Shown piece by piece: positions 48,978 through 59,412 of a stretch of 64,000 nt of DNA. Under the pieces are notes generated by a model. That model was not told where the DNA came from. It ran no database searches and worked only from the letters and a program-made list of their open reading frames with translations. The stretch is taken from positions 278-64,277 of the forward strand of contig CALDIG010000303.1 in assembly GCA_937904375.1 (NCBI GenBank), in the 5' to 3' direction. The position numbers and the translations under genes were made by a program. This stretch comes from an uncultured Prevotellaceae bacterium (lineage in GTDB: Bacteria; Bacteroidota; Bacteroidia; Bacteroidales; Muribaculaceae). Position 1 is the first letter of the stretch. Each line of letters begins with the position of its first letter.

Positions 48978-50411
48978 ATGGAGAAGCTGATAGGAAGAAA
49001 TAGAGAAATAGCAGAACTTGAGAGATGTTTCTACTCTGAGCGATCGGAGTTCATTGTTGTGTCTGGTCGAAGAAGAATTGGTAAAACTTTTCTCGTGAAT
49101 AACGTCTTGAAAAATAGGATAACGTTGTCTTATGTGGGGTCGCACAAATCGCCCAAGGAACGCCAGCTAAAAAAGTTTGCTCAATCAATGCATCAAGCTG
49201 GTATTTGCAATGTGTTGCCTCAACTACAGTCTTGGTATGACGCTTTTGATGCACTTGAAGCCACATTGCCAACAATAAAAGCAAAAAAGAAAGTTATATT
49301 TTTTGATGAAATGCCTTGGATTGACACGCAGGGCAGCGAATTTGTTGCGGCTTTGGAAGATTTTTGGAACGGATGGGCATCGCTTCGTGATGATATAATG
49401 CTTGTTGCATGTGGCTCGGCAACATCTTGGCTTGTTGACCATCTTTTGGAAAATCAAGGTGGATTGCACAATAGGGTTACATCGCGCATTTCGCTACAAC
49501 CGTTCAACCTCAACGAGTGCAAACAATACATTGATAATAAAAAAGGAACGTGGGACAACTATCAAATAGCACAGATGTATATGTACATCGGTGGTGTGCC
49601 TTTCTACTGGAGTCTGATAGATTTTTCAAAAGGTATTACCGAGAATGTCGATAATCTCTTTTTCATGCCTGGAGCGAAACTACAGGGAGAATTTGACGAA
49701 CTATATCAAGTGCTTTTTAAGAATTCTGACGATTATGTTGCAATAATGAGATTGCTGTCTGATCACCGCGAAGGACTTTCACGGCAGCAGATTGCAAATG
49801 AACTTGGTGCAACAGGGGGAACACTAAGCAAGCGATTGGTGAACCTAGAACGGTGCAACTTCATCATGACCCAAACCCCAACAGGGAAAAAACGCAATGG
49901 CACAATCTATCGTGCTTGCGACTTCTATACTCTTTTCTATTTTCGTTTTATTGAACATGAGCATCAGTTTGTGAAACATTACTGGAACTCAAAAATGACA
50001 TCACAAAGTGTAGCGATTTGGCAAGGACTGACGTTTGAACTAATTGGAATGACACACATAGACCAAATAAGAATGGCGTTAGGAATATATGGAATAAACA
50101 TTAATTGCTCGGCATGGCGTTCGAGCGATGTGACCGAGACAGGAAAAAAAGCACAAATAGATTTGGTGGTAGAGCGTGCCGACCATGTTACACATTTGTA
50201 TGAATTCAAATTCTCTTCAGGAGAGTATGTAATAACTTCAGATTATGCTCAAAAACTTAGAGAAAGGTTGGGCATATATCGTAGTCAAACTAAGACCCGC
50301 GACACACTGCTCACTACATTTGTAACACCATTTGGAGTCAACAAGGGTAAAAACTATTCTATAGTTCAAAGCGAAATTACACTTGATCAACTTTTTTGGA
50401 AGACTCCATAA
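48978..50411 (+). CDS. P-loop ATPase (ATPase_2-like) with wHTH and C-terminal PD-(D/E)XK-like domain
   Basis: LIGRNRE, GRRRIGKT, FFDEMPW, CGSATSW, GGLHNR, AQIDLV..YEFKF. Confidence 0.9.
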   Translation: MEKLIGRNREIAELERCFYSERSEFIVVSGRRRIGKTFLVNNVLKNRITLSYVGSHKSPKERQLKKFAQSMHQAGICNVLPQLQSWYDAFDALEATLPTIKAKKKVIFFDEMPWIDTQGSEFVAALEDFWNGWASLRDDIMLVACGSATSWLVDHLLENQGGLHNRVTSRISLQPFNLNECKQYIDNKKGTWDNYQIAQMYMYIGGVPFYWSLIDFSKGITENVDNLFFMPGAKLQGEFDELYQVLFKNSDDYVAIMRLLSDHREGLSRQQIANELGATGGTLSKRLVNLERCNFIMTQTPTGKKRNGTIYRACDFYTLFYFRFIEHEHQFVKHYWNSKMTSQSVAIWQGLTFELIGMTHIDQIRMALGIYGININCSAWRSSDVTETGKKAQIDLVVERADHVTHLYEFKFSSGEYVITSDYAQKLRERLGIYRSQTKTRDTLLTTFVTPFGVNKGKNYSIVQSEITLDQLFWKTP

Positions 50412-50843
50412 AGAAAGAACTCAAATCACTCTTTTTCCTGTTTTCCGCACATTCTGATTTTAAGAAAAAAGAGACTTGATTTTCAACAATATAACTCTAA
50501 GATTTTGAGGATTTGGGTGTCTCACGGTAAAAATCACATGCGTCTTTAACATCTTGAGGAAAAACATACGGCGAATGTGCTTGATTTGAGAATTATTGAT
50601 TATTAGCGTTTTATAAAATGTCTCAACACTAACACAGTTTTTTGCGGATGACACCTTCTGACTTCGGCACTTTTTTCTGCCATCTAATAGCGGGCATTGA
50701 GAATCAGCCATTTAGCTCAAAAACAAGGGTGACGCATAGCCGAAGTCAGGAAATTCGTAGAACTAACGTTGAATAACAGTATTTAAGCATCTAATGAGAT
50801 TGTACATTCTCTAACCTCTAAACTTGAATAACAGTATTATTAA

Positions 50844-52205
50844 CTATAGGGTATTTGTCGTGTATTTGAGGCTGAAGTAATTATAAATCATTTCAGCACG
50901 AGCATTGACTAATGAAATCTCGGCTGCCAGCAGAAGATTGGAAGCATCTATCATGTCGGTGAGTAGTGCTAACCCATTTTGATATCTGTTATTTACTACA
51001 TTGTAGTTTTGTTTTGCCAGTTCGAGTTGTTTCTCTTGGGTGGTAACTTCAGTCATCGATGTAATGATTTTTGAATAGCATGAGTTCACATCGATGTCTA
51101 AGTGTTCACGAACAAGGGACTCTTGCTGTCGTGACATATCAGCTTCGATGCGTGCATGTGTAACATGATTCTTGTTTTTCCACAAACTTGACAAGTTATA
51201 TTTCATACCAATGCCCACAAACCATGTGTTTACGTTGGCGTTAACAGGAATGAGGTCGTTGGTGAACGGGCCGAAGAAATTATCCTCAACCACAACAGCG
51301 ATTTTAGGTAATGACTCCGCCTTGGTTGCTATAATCTTTTGCTCTGCAATCTCAGTGGCAACCGATGCTTGTTTGAGTGCAATGTGGTTGTTTTGGGCGA
51401 TGTCCAGCCAATGACTTTGTGGCGCCACAGCTCTTATTGCTTGATATTCATTTTCTAGAGCAAGAGAGTCGGGTTCAAAGACAACATCCGAAGGCTGATG
51501 CAGCATGGTGGTCAGTTGGTGATTGATGATGCTCTTTGCCTCCGAGAGTTTGACCTTCGATAATTCCATGTCCTGCAATTGCACCTGATAACGCGTCACG
51601 TCGTTGCGCAAAGCGGTTCCTTGCTCATAACGCGACTGCATATTGTCGATTAACTTATTTGTGAGCGCAATGTTTTTGTCAATGACGGTAATCTGGTTAT
51701 TGAGTTTATACAAGTCCAAGTACAGGCCAGCGATAAGAAACCTCACTTCCTGCCTGTTTTTCTCCACATCAAGCTTCGCCATTTGCTCATTCAGTTCGGC
51801 CATTTTAATGCCTGCCGTGATAGCTCCACCGGCATAAACAACTTGTGATGCCTTTATTGAAAACATATTGCCCCAATGAGGAGTGCTCTGTTGTCCAAGC
51901 TCTACCTTTTGTGGACCTAAGCCAGGAATCACCACATCGGTAAATCCCATAGTAGAAAAGCCGCGACTCATAAGAGTGGCATCACCAATATAGCTCTCGC
52001 TCAGGCTCACTTCCACACTTGGAAGGCGAGCGCTACGAGCCTCGTCCACAGCAGTGCTGGCTGCCATTAATCCCATTTGGCTGACGAGGATTTTAGTGGT
52101 CTGCCGGTCGGCAAGGTCATATAGTTGCTGCAATGTGATAGTTTGCTGACCAAATCCAGTAACAGCCAGTAGATATAATGAGAAAAAGAAAACAAATCGA
52201 TACAT
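50844..52205 (-). CDS. TolC-family outer-membrane efflux protein
   Basis: Signal peptide, two helical repeats (RYEQG, RYQNG), operon context. Confidence 0.88.
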   Translation of the reverse strand: MYRFVFFFSLYLLAVTGFGQQTITLQQLYDLADRQTTKILVSQMGLMAASTAVDEARSARLPSVEVSLSESYIGDATLMSRGFSTMGFTDVVIPGLGPQKVELGQQSTPHWGNMFSIKASQVVYAGGAITAGIKMAELNEQMAKLDVEKNRQEVRFLIAGLYLDLYKLNNQITVIDKNIALTNKLIDNMQSRYEQGTALRNDVTRYQVQLQDMELSKVKLSEAKSIINHQLTTMLHQPSDVVFEPDSLALENEYQAIRAVAPQSHWLDIAQNNHIALKQASVATEIAEQKIIATKAESLPKIAVVVEDNFFGPFTNDLIPVNANVNTWFVGIGMKYNLSSLWKNKNHVTHARIEADMSRQQESLVREHLDIDVNSCYSKIITSMTEVTTQEKQLELAKQNYNVVNNRYQNGLALLTDMIDASNLLLAAEISLVNARAEMIYNYFSLKYTTNTL

Positions 52206-52216
52206 ATTTTTTCTTA

Positions 52217-53764
52217 TTATTGATTATTAATAGGTTGTGTAATTTTTGGTTCGCGCTCCATGAGTCTGCGACGATTCACCACGCGATAAATGTTCTTGAG
52301 TCGAGGAATGGGGTTGCGCAAGGCGTCAAAATGGCCCAGCATAACTATCAGCACCAAAGAGAGTCCAACAACAGCTCCCCAACCGTATAATTCACGCAAC
52401 GTGTCAAGCAGAGGCTGACTGCTGCCATGAGCAAGCACGACTGCCATTTGCCCTGTCAATAGCCTCTCCCAGACGGCAATGCCGATGACATCTCCAATGC
52501 CCATGCGCATAAACCCAAGCAGGCACAGCACTTGAAAATAGTACTTGAAGTTGCAATAGGCTTGGGCATAAACTGTGAGCGCTATGAACAGACCCACATG
52601 TCCAAAACCTATCACAAACGATGGTAGCCACAGCTGAGTAATGCTGAGGTCCTGCCACATCAGTTGTGACATCAAGAGCGGGTAAATCGCCATTGCTGTC
52701 ATTGAGCACAGGGTCAGTGTTTTCAGGCTCCATTTCAGTCGCACTCGCGCCTGCCAGCAGAACAATGCCGCCACACCGGCACCAAAGAACTCCGGCCATT
52801 TGAGCTGCGATGCTGTAATTTGATCATACCTCAACACCTCGCTTGTAAACACATTTTGAAGAACATTCTGTGTTCCAAGCAAGATGTCAAGTCCCAGAAA
52901 CAAAACAACAAGGTTGAACAGGTTAGGCTGCCTAAACGCTCCAAATTCAATGAAAGCGTGCCTGATGTGTATGTTGCGCAATAAGCATATCGCCAAGGAT
53001 AGCATTGATATGCCTATGGCGATGCGTATGCGCCGATCATTTAGCCAGTCAAACTCCTCACCATAGCAAACGGCAAAAATAGCCGAAAGAATAAAGATGC
53101 TCCATAGAATCATCCCCAGCGGATCTACACCTTTGAGCGACATCTTGGGCTGCGACCGGAATGGACGCATGAAGACTCGCACCAGAACAATGACCATTGC
53201 GCACAATCCAACAGCCAGCAAGTGGATATGCTGCCAGTTGTAATAGTAGATAATGCGAATCGCAACCCAATCAAACACCCCCACACAGCCTATTACCACA
53301 AAGAACACAAACGACAGGAATGTCGCGTAGTTATAAGTGGGTGTAACCTTTGGCAGGAGATTTGAGAAACACTCAAATGTGCCATAAAGCCTGAAGAAAC
53401 CACCTAAGTAGCACAATGCCAGCATTCCGGCATAGTTGTGGACAAATGGAAAGGTGAGATTGATGACAAGCTGGCAACTGGCTGCAATGGTAAGTGAGGT
53501 CATATTGGTGAAATAGAACTTTAACCGGAATGCCAGCGGGAAGTAAAAACAAAGTCCTGTGAGCACCGTCTGCCCAAACATGTGTGTGTCGCTCATGGTG
53601 AGATTGCGCTCTCCCACAAGTTGTGCCATAGTTGTGAAGTAGAAACCATTTGAAAACTGAAATGCCACAAGGAAGCAAAAATACAATCCCAACCTCAGTT
53701 GGTCGGGCACCCAATCCTTGAAGTTCATCAGCCGCACTGGTCCTTGATTATCCCAGTCTGCCAT
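52217..53764 (-). CDS. Multi-pass membrane efflux (MFS-like) protein
   Basis: About 13-14 hydrophobic segments; lies between HlyD and TolC genes. Confidence 0.8.
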   Translation of the reverse strand: MADWDNQGPVRLMNFKDWVPDQLRLGLYFCFLVAFQFSNGFYFTTMAQLVGERNLTMSDTHMFGQTVLTGLCFYFPLAFRLKFYFTNMTSLTIAASCQLVINLTFPFVHNYAGMLALCYLGGFFRLYGTFECFSNLLPKVTPTYNYATFLSFVFFVVIGCVGVFDWVAIRIIYYYNWQHIHLLAVGLCAMVIVLVRVFMRPFRSQPKMSLKGVDPLGMILWSIFILSAIFAVCYGEEFDWLNDRRIRIAIGISMLSLAICLLRNIHIRHAFIEFGAFRQPNLFNLVVLFLGLDILLGTQNVLQNVFTSEVLRYDQITASQLKWPEFFGAGVAALFCWQARVRLKWSLKTLTLCSMTAMAIYPLLMSQLMWQDLSITQLWLPSFVIGFGHVGLFIALTVYAQAYCNFKYYFQVLCLLGFMRMGIGDVIGIAVWERLLTGQMAVVLAHGSSQPLLDTLRELYGWGAVVGLSLVLIVMLGHFDALRNPIPRLKNIYRVVNRRRLMEREPKITQPINNQ

Positions 53765-53767
53765 GTG

Positions 53768-54805
53768 TCATTTCTTCTTTTTTATAGTACACTCCACATT
53801 CATTCCTGCCGATAGCTTTTTCAGCGTCTCGGGGTTATTGTTGGCTGTGAAATCAATCCTTACCGGTATTCGCTGCTCCACTTTCACGAAGTTGCCCGTG
53901 GAGTTGTCGGGAGCCATAGGCGAGTATTGTGCTCCTGTAGCGGTTGAGATGCGACTGATTTTGCCCTCAAATGTCACATCGGGGAAAGCGTCAATCTTCA
54001 TCTCCACAAGGTCGCCTACAGCAAAACCCTTGCGCTGGGTCTCACGAAAGTTTGCTGTAACCCACCGATTTTCATTTTTTACTATCGAAAACAGCAACAT
54101 GCCAGCCTGAGCAAGTTCGCCTTCTTGCACCAGTTTGCGTGATGTATAACCACTGCAAGGAGCCACTACTGTGCAATAGCTTAGATTTAGCTTTGCGAGC
54201 TTCACTGCTGCCTGGGCGGCTTCGATATTTGCTTGTTGCTGCTCAACATGCACTTTAGTTTCATCGCGCGCGATATTGGTTCCAGTCTTCTCACGACGCA
54301 TTGTCTCAACTTTGGCTTTCAATGCCTCATATTGAGTTTGCGCTACTTCAAATTGCTGCTTTGTTACCGATTCCTGCTCATAAAGTGTTTTGTAGCGTTG
54401 GTAATCTGCTTCAGCGTTGCTCAGCAGCACTTCCACCTCAGCAATGCCGGCATCCGACACTGTTATCTGGTTTTGGGCGTTTTCTACACCTTTGCTTGTT
54501 GCCGACTTTTGGGCACGGGCAGTGGCGAGAGCCGACTCTGCCTGTGCTAAATGCAAGCGAAATTCACTGTCCTCAATAGAGAGTAACGTGTCTCCCTTGT
54601 TTACATATTGGAATTCCCCCACATACACTTTATTAATAAAACCTTGTACACGTGAATTCACGTTCACTTTGTCTTGTTCAACCTGCGCATTGTTGGTGTA
54701 TTCTCCTTCAAAGTGCCAAAATGTACTTGCTATCCATGCCACTCCACCCACTATGAGTAATATAATTATTGAGTTTGCTATTATTTTTTTAATCTTTTGG
54801 GTCAT
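53768..54805 (-). CDS. HlyD/EmrA-family membrane fusion protein
   Basis: TNNAQV, coiled coil, ANFRETQ, DNSTGNFVKVEQRIPVRI. Confidence 0.93.
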   Translation of the reverse strand: MTQKIKKIIANSIIILLIVGGVAWIASTFWHFEGEYTNNAQVEQDKVNVNSRVQGFINKVYVGEFQYVNKGDTLLSIEDSEFRLHLAQAESALATARAQKSATSKGVENAQNQITVSDAGIAEVEVLLSNAEADYQRYKTLYEQESVTKQQFEVAQTQYEALKAKVETMRREKTGTNIARDETKVHVEQQQANIEAAQAAVKLAKLNLSYCTVVAPCSGYTSRKLVQEGELAQAGMLLFSIVKNENRWVTANFRETQRKGFAVGDLVEMKIDAFPDVTFEGKISRISTATGAQYSPMAPDNSTGNFVKVEQRIPVRIDFTANNNPETLKKLSAGMNVECTIKKKK

Positions 54806-55098
54806 TTTTATTGACTATTTTAAACCTGTTGATGTTTATATATGCATTTAAAGGCAGAATCCAAAAGAGGACACGCCCGTTGTGTGTAAATGATAGTGGT
54901 GGAATGGGCTAAATGATTTGATTAAAAGGATGTTCGTCTCCCCATAAGAATGTTTTTGGAGCCGTTTCAAATGATATTTTATGATTATTTCTCATATCCT
55001 TTTAATCGTTATTTTTCATTGCAAAAGTACAAAAAAATCAATTATTGGAAAAATTTGTTTGTCTTATTTTTGTTTGTTATGAACCCCTGCATGAACAA

Positions 55099-56274
55099 TT
55101 AATCTTTTTGGGGTGGCAGGCTTTGGAAATGGCGTGTCGCCCACACCTGCAACAAGAACACAACGCTTAATATGCAGCCCACTTTGTAAGGTCCAGTGAT
55201 ATCGTCACCAAACAAGCCTTTCGACATTGGCATCACAATCAGTGGCGACACAAATTGTCCTAAGTATAGCGCAGCCGAGAGCAACGGCATGACGGTAGAG
55301 ACCGAGTCACGACCACCCTTGATGCTGGCAATGGTGTTGAGATAGGGAACACCCACGCCAGTGGCGATGCCCACCAGCATTGAGCCAATCAAGATCATCG
55401 GCAATGAGCCATGTGTATAAGAGGCATAGCCAACGATGAAAGACAATGGTGCGATATATTTTATGACCATGCGAAACTTACGCATAAGACCACCAAAGGC
55501 GAGCCCGACAAAGAACGCCACAACATCGAGTCCCACCATAATCATCGTGATGGCATTAGACGAAAGTGACGTCTGCTTGCTGGCGATTATAGCAAAATTG
55601 GTAGGAAAGATGAAGAAAAGTATCATCAGCAGCAACATACCAATTACCGAAGGGTGGAACTTAAGAAGTTGACGTGGGCGGAAAGGCGTGCCATGCTCGT
55701 TAGAGTTACCTAACTGTGCATCAGGCAGCCATAGCCAGACCATCACAACGGCAATCAAGCCGATAAGATATACCAGGAAAGCATAATTCCACTGCACAGT
55801 AGCCAATATCCCGGCAAGGAGCGTGGCGACAACGCCGCCCATCTGGTTCATAGCCGCCGAGAGCCCCATAAGGCGCGCTTGTTCTTCAGGAGGGAAATAG
55901 TAGGCAAGCAGACCGGTTGACAACGGCATGATTAATCCCACACTGATTCCCAAAACAGCACGCATCAACAGCAGGATGTAGATGTTATCAACAAAAAAAC
56001 ACCCTGCACCCGCAGCCACATAGAGCAGCAGTCCGGTTGTTGCGATGGTGCGTGTACTAACACGTCGGCTAAATTGCAAAAACAAGATGTTGGTAATGAT
56101 GATAAATAGGGCAGGCATGCTGACTATGAGCTGTACCAGCATTTCGGATGCCGACGAGAAATGATTCTTGATGATGCCCAGTGCAGGTGCTATAGCCGCT
56201 CCTGCCATCACGGTGAGCAGCGACATGGAAAGGATGGTAGCTGTCACCCGTTTAGATACTTTATTCTGTTTCAT
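55099..56274 (-). CDS. MFS transporter
   Basis: About 12 TM segments, AIAPALG, RAVLGISVG. Confidence 0.88.
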   Translation of the reverse strand: MKQNKVSKRVTATILSMSLLTVMAGAAIAPALGIIKNHFSSASEMLVQLIVSMPALFIIITNILFLQFSRRVSTRTIATTGLLLYVAAGAGCFFVDNIYILLLMRAVLGISVGLIMPLSTGLLAYYFPPEEQARLMGLSAAMNQMGGVVATLLAGILATVQWNYAFLVYLIGLIAVVMVWLWLPDAQLGNSNEHGTPFRPRQLLKFHPSVIGMLLLMILFFIFPTNFAIIASKQTSLSSNAITMIMVGLDVVAFFVGLAFGGLMRKFRMVIKYIAPLSFIVGYASYTHGSLPMILIGSMLVGIATGVGVPYLNTIASIKGGRDSVSTVMPLLSAALYLGQFVSPLIVMPMSKGLFGDDITGPYKVGCILSVVFLLQVWATRHFQSLPPQKD

Positions 56275-56480
56275 TTAAAAATCGGGAGTTTCAGCTCTAC
56301 CAAGCTTTTGGTTCATTAAAAATCGGATGCAAAAGTACAAAAAAAATACCAATAGCAATAGGTTGTACAACCAGTTAAAAAAACAAAAAAACTCGATTAT
56401 ACAAAGCTCTCATAGAAACTTTTTTTGACTATTTTTGCAGTAAATCACTTAATTATTATATAATTAAACACAACAAGATT

Positions 56481-56789
56481 ATGTCAAAAACAGTTGAAAT
56501 TCAGATTGAAAAAAGCAGCAATTTGGTCGATGGATTGCGCAAGCACTTAAATGCAAATGGCAAAGGTGTGACAAGCGCCGAGATTGCCGGCATGGAACAG
56601 AATGTGAAAGAACTGGCAGCCGCTAACGAGGAGGTAGAACGCCTGCGTGCCGAACTCGTTCCTAAAGTGAAACGCATGAATGAAATCATGGCAAATGTGA
56701 AAGCCGCCTATGCCGAGAAGAAAAAGATGCTTAAAGCATGTTATTCGCAAGAGCAATGGGCTAATTACGGCATACCAGACAAGCGATAA
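56481..56789 (+). CDS. Small coiled-coil hypothetical protein
   Basis: 102-aa ORF with AT-rich leader. Confidence 0.75.
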   Translation: MSKTVEIQIEKSSNLVDGLRKHLNANGKGVTSAEIAGMEQNVKELAAANEEVERLRAELVPKVKRMNEIMANVKAAYAEKKKMLKACYSQEQWANYGIPDKR

Positions 56790-56910
56790 AGACTATTGCT
56801 GTCTCTATTCTCGTTTGTCACTTCAACGTGCTTGCGGCGAACGTCGCGGCGCCATCCAAGTACAATCTCAACCTCCAACCTCGTCATCGGTGACCTTCAC
56901 GATGGCGAGG

Positions 56911-56949
56911 TTTTGAGACAAATGGGGTCTGACCCCATTTGTCTCAAAA
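56911..56949. repeat. Perfect 39-bp palindrome (REP-like)
   Basis: TTTTGAGACAAATGGGGTC-T-GACCCCATTTGTCTCAAAA. Confidence 0.85.
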
Positions 56950-57102
56950 TTAAGTTCAATTAAGTAAGTAAGTGGAATAAGAGGAAAGCGCTTTTTTGCC
57001 TTTTTTACAAAAAAGTTGCCTCTTGTTGTAACATTTTCTATTACCTTTACGTCTTGATTTTTGAAAGGACTATTATTCACACAACAAATATCTTTTATAA
57101 TC

Positions 57103-57558
57103 ATGAAGAAATTATTGGTTTTAGCATTGGTGGCGATGATTGGCGCCACAGCATTCAGCAAGACAATCGATGAGGTGTTTAGCGCTTTCCCAAAGGCCGA
57201 CAATGTGCAGGACATGACTCTTGACGAGAGTATGCTCGGCATGGCGATGAGCATGGGAGCTGACCAGTCGGGGGCTCTTAAAGACATCAAGTCAATGAGG
57301 ATTATTGCCATTGAGGACCCCACAAGCGAGCAAGTGGCAATCGCCAAGGGGATTTGTGAGGAAGGTGTCGATGGCTTTGACGTGATGGTCGATGCCAGCG
57401 AGAAAGGCGAGACAGCGTTAATCCTCACACAAGGCGATGACAAGGTGATAAACAAAATGCTCATTATCGCAGTGGAGGAGGATAACGTGGCTATTGTCTT
57501 AATGGAAGGCAACATCAATCCCGATTACGCTGATAAATATGTGAATTTCGGCAAATAG
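57103..57558 (+). CDS. DUF4252-like secreted protein
   Basis: Signal peptide MKKLLVLALV; typical position in a Bacteroidetes ECF sigma locus. Confidence 0.7.
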   Translation: MKKLLVLALVAMIGATAFSKTIDEVFSAFPKADNVQDMTLDESMLGMAMSMGADQSGALKDIKSMRIIAIEDPTSEQVAIAKGICEEGVDGFDVMVDASEKGETALILTQGDDKVINKMLIIAVEEDNVAIVLMEGNINPDYADKYVNFGK

Positions 57559-57571
57559 TTGCACCGAGTTG

Positions 57572-58075
57572 ATGAACGCCGACGAGTTTAAACAGCGGTT
57601 CCTGCCTCTGAACGCCAAGCTCTACAAGGTGGCTTACCTTATGCTCGGCAACGAGGACGACGCCAAGGATGCCGTGCAGGACGCCTACATGAAGATGTGG
57701 AGCCACCGCGACTCGTTAGCCCACATCGACAACCCGCAAGCCTACTGCGTGACGCTCGTCCGCAACCTGTGCCTAGACCGCCACCGGGCGGCAAGCATCG
57801 ACATAGTCGATAAACCTCCCGAGGAACTGCCCATTGCCAGTGGCTACGACACATCGCAGCACATCGAGCGGCAGCAGACGGCGCAACTGCTCAATCAATG
57901 CCTGGCGCGGCTGCCGGCACAGCAGCAGCAAGTGGTGCGATTGCGCGACCTGAGCGGCTGCTCAATGCAGGAGATAGAGAAGGCCACAGGTCTCACAGCG
58001 GTCAATGCTAGAGTGCTCCTGAGCCGAGCGAGAAAAACATTAAGAGCTCAATTCCAAAACATCCTATCATCATGA
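57572..58075 (+). CDS. ECF RNA polymerase sigma-70 factor
   Basis: DAKDAVQDAYMKMW, RNLCLD, LRDLSG.SMQEI, LLSRARK. Confidence 0.93.
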   Translation: MNADEFKQRFLPLNAKLYKVAYLMLGNEDDAKDAVQDAYMKMWSHRDSLAHIDNPQAYCVTLVRNLCLDRHRAASIDIVDKPPEELPIASGYDTSQHIERQQTAQLLNQCLARLPAQQQQVVRLRDLSGCSMQEIEKATGLTAVNARVLLSRARKTLRAQFQNILSS

Positions 58076-58785
58076 ACAAGAAAGATTTAGGCCAATTGCT
58101 AAGCAAGTTCTACAACGGCGGGACCACTCTCGACGAGGAAGAACTGCTGCGCAAAGCTCTTGCCGGTGATGATGCCGATGCCGTGCTTATGCAGGCACTG
58201 GACCAAATGGGGTACGAGGTGGAAGTGCCAGCCGACTTGGAGGCATCGCTCAGCGACAAGATTGACGAATGGGAGACGACGGAGCAGAGCGAGCAGAAGG
58301 GACATCGCAAGGCAAAGGTCGCTCCGTTGTTCTGGAAACGCACCGCCTGGGCGGCAGCGGCAAGTGTGGCTGTGATAGCGGCAGTAGGGTGGTGGCTCAC
58401 ACACAACAACTCACAGAAGTTGCCAGGGGGGAATCCTCCCGTGATTATAGCTGAAGTTACTGAGGACCCCGCTCAAGCCCCCTCATCTCAAATCGTGGAA
58501 CCTGAAAACGATAATGTTTTGCCAGCGCAGCCCTCGCAGCCGCAACCAAAGCCAAAATCGTTGCCCAACGCCAAGACCGCAAGTACCTATAAAAATAATG
58601 TGGAGCATCTGGTGCAGGCAAGCGAAATGAAGAACGACGAGCAGCTCAGTGCCAGCGACGAGGAGATAGCTCTCGCGGCTCTCGAGAAGTTCTCGACAGT
58701 CCTCAACAAGGGCATGGGCCAGCTCGACAACGCAAACGAGAAAATCAACGATATCAACAATACAATTCAGCAACATTTAATATAA
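58072..58785 (+). CDS. Putative anti-sigma membrane protein
   Basis: KFYNGGTTLDEE N-terminus, single TM (AAAASVAVIAAVGWW), overlaps the sigma stop codon. Confidence 0.72.
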   Translation: MNKKDLGQLLSKFYNGGTTLDEEELLRKALAGDDADAVLMQALDQMGYEVEVPADLEASLSDKIDEWETTEQSEQKGHRKAKVAPLFWKRTAWAAAASVAVIAAVGWWLTHNNSQKLPGGNPPVIIAEVTEDPAQAPSSQIVEPENDNVLPAQPSQPQPKPKSLPNAKTASTYKNNVEHLVQASEMKNDEQLSASDEEIALAALEKFSTVLNKGMGQLDNANEKINDINNTIQQHLI

Positions 58786-58787
58786 TC

Positions 58788-59243
58788 ATGAAAAGGACAA
58801 TTTTTATACTCATTCTCATGCTCGCAGTGGGCATGACGGCAAGCGCGCAAGAGTCGCTCGTAAAGCAATTCAAGGGTAAGGAAGGTTTTACCTGTGTCAC
58901 AATAGGCAAGGCGGCGATGAAGATGATGCCGGCTCAGAGCAAAAACAATCTCAAAATAGGCTCCATCGCCGACAAGGTTGACCGCCTTGAAATCGTCTCG
59001 GCAAGCACGCCGCAGGCTACCGAGAAACTCTCGAAAGAATGTAAAAAATGGATTGAGAAAGCCAATTTCGAGAGTGTGGTCGATGTGGATGAGCAGCGCA
59101 ATCAAGCCTCCATCTTTTTTAAGAACGACGGCGGCAAAAATGTGTTCCTGCTACTGGCGCACGAAAAAGAGACTACCTCGGTAATCATCATCTACGGCAC
59201 CATGACACTCGACGACATGAGTGGTGTGATGGGAGGTCAATGA
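58788..59243 (+). CDS. DUF4252-like secreted protein
   Basis: Signal peptide; VTIGKAAMKM; ends IYGTMTLDD. Confidence 0.72.
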   Translation: MKRTIFILILMLAVGMTASAQESLVKQFKGKEGFTCVTIGKAAMKMMPAQSKNNLKIGSIADKVDRLEIVSASTPQATEKLSKECKKWIEKANFESVVDVDEQRNQASIFFKNDGGKNVFLLLAHEKETTSVIIIYGTMTLDDMSGVMGGQ

Positions 59244-59269
59244 CAATCGCCTTCACCACTTGAAAAGCA

Positions 59270-59304
59270 ACATCCCTCACGAGCTATAAGCCCGTGAGGG
59301 ATGT
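59270..59304. terminator. Terminator hairpin
   Basis: ACATCCCTCACG...CGTGAGGGATGT. Confidence 0.65.
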
Positions 59305-59412
59305 GTTGTTGCGTTGATATAGGATTCTAAACCATAGCAAGTCGAAGCCGCAGTTGCCCTTAATAACAAATCATATTATTAGCGAAGCCAAACTATGAAC
59401 TCTGAACTAAAC

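Noticed and set aside
54849..54995. Short ORF upstream of the efflux operon (leader peptide or regulator remnant)
   Set aside because: Only ~28 codons with no recognisable motif; cannot be supported.
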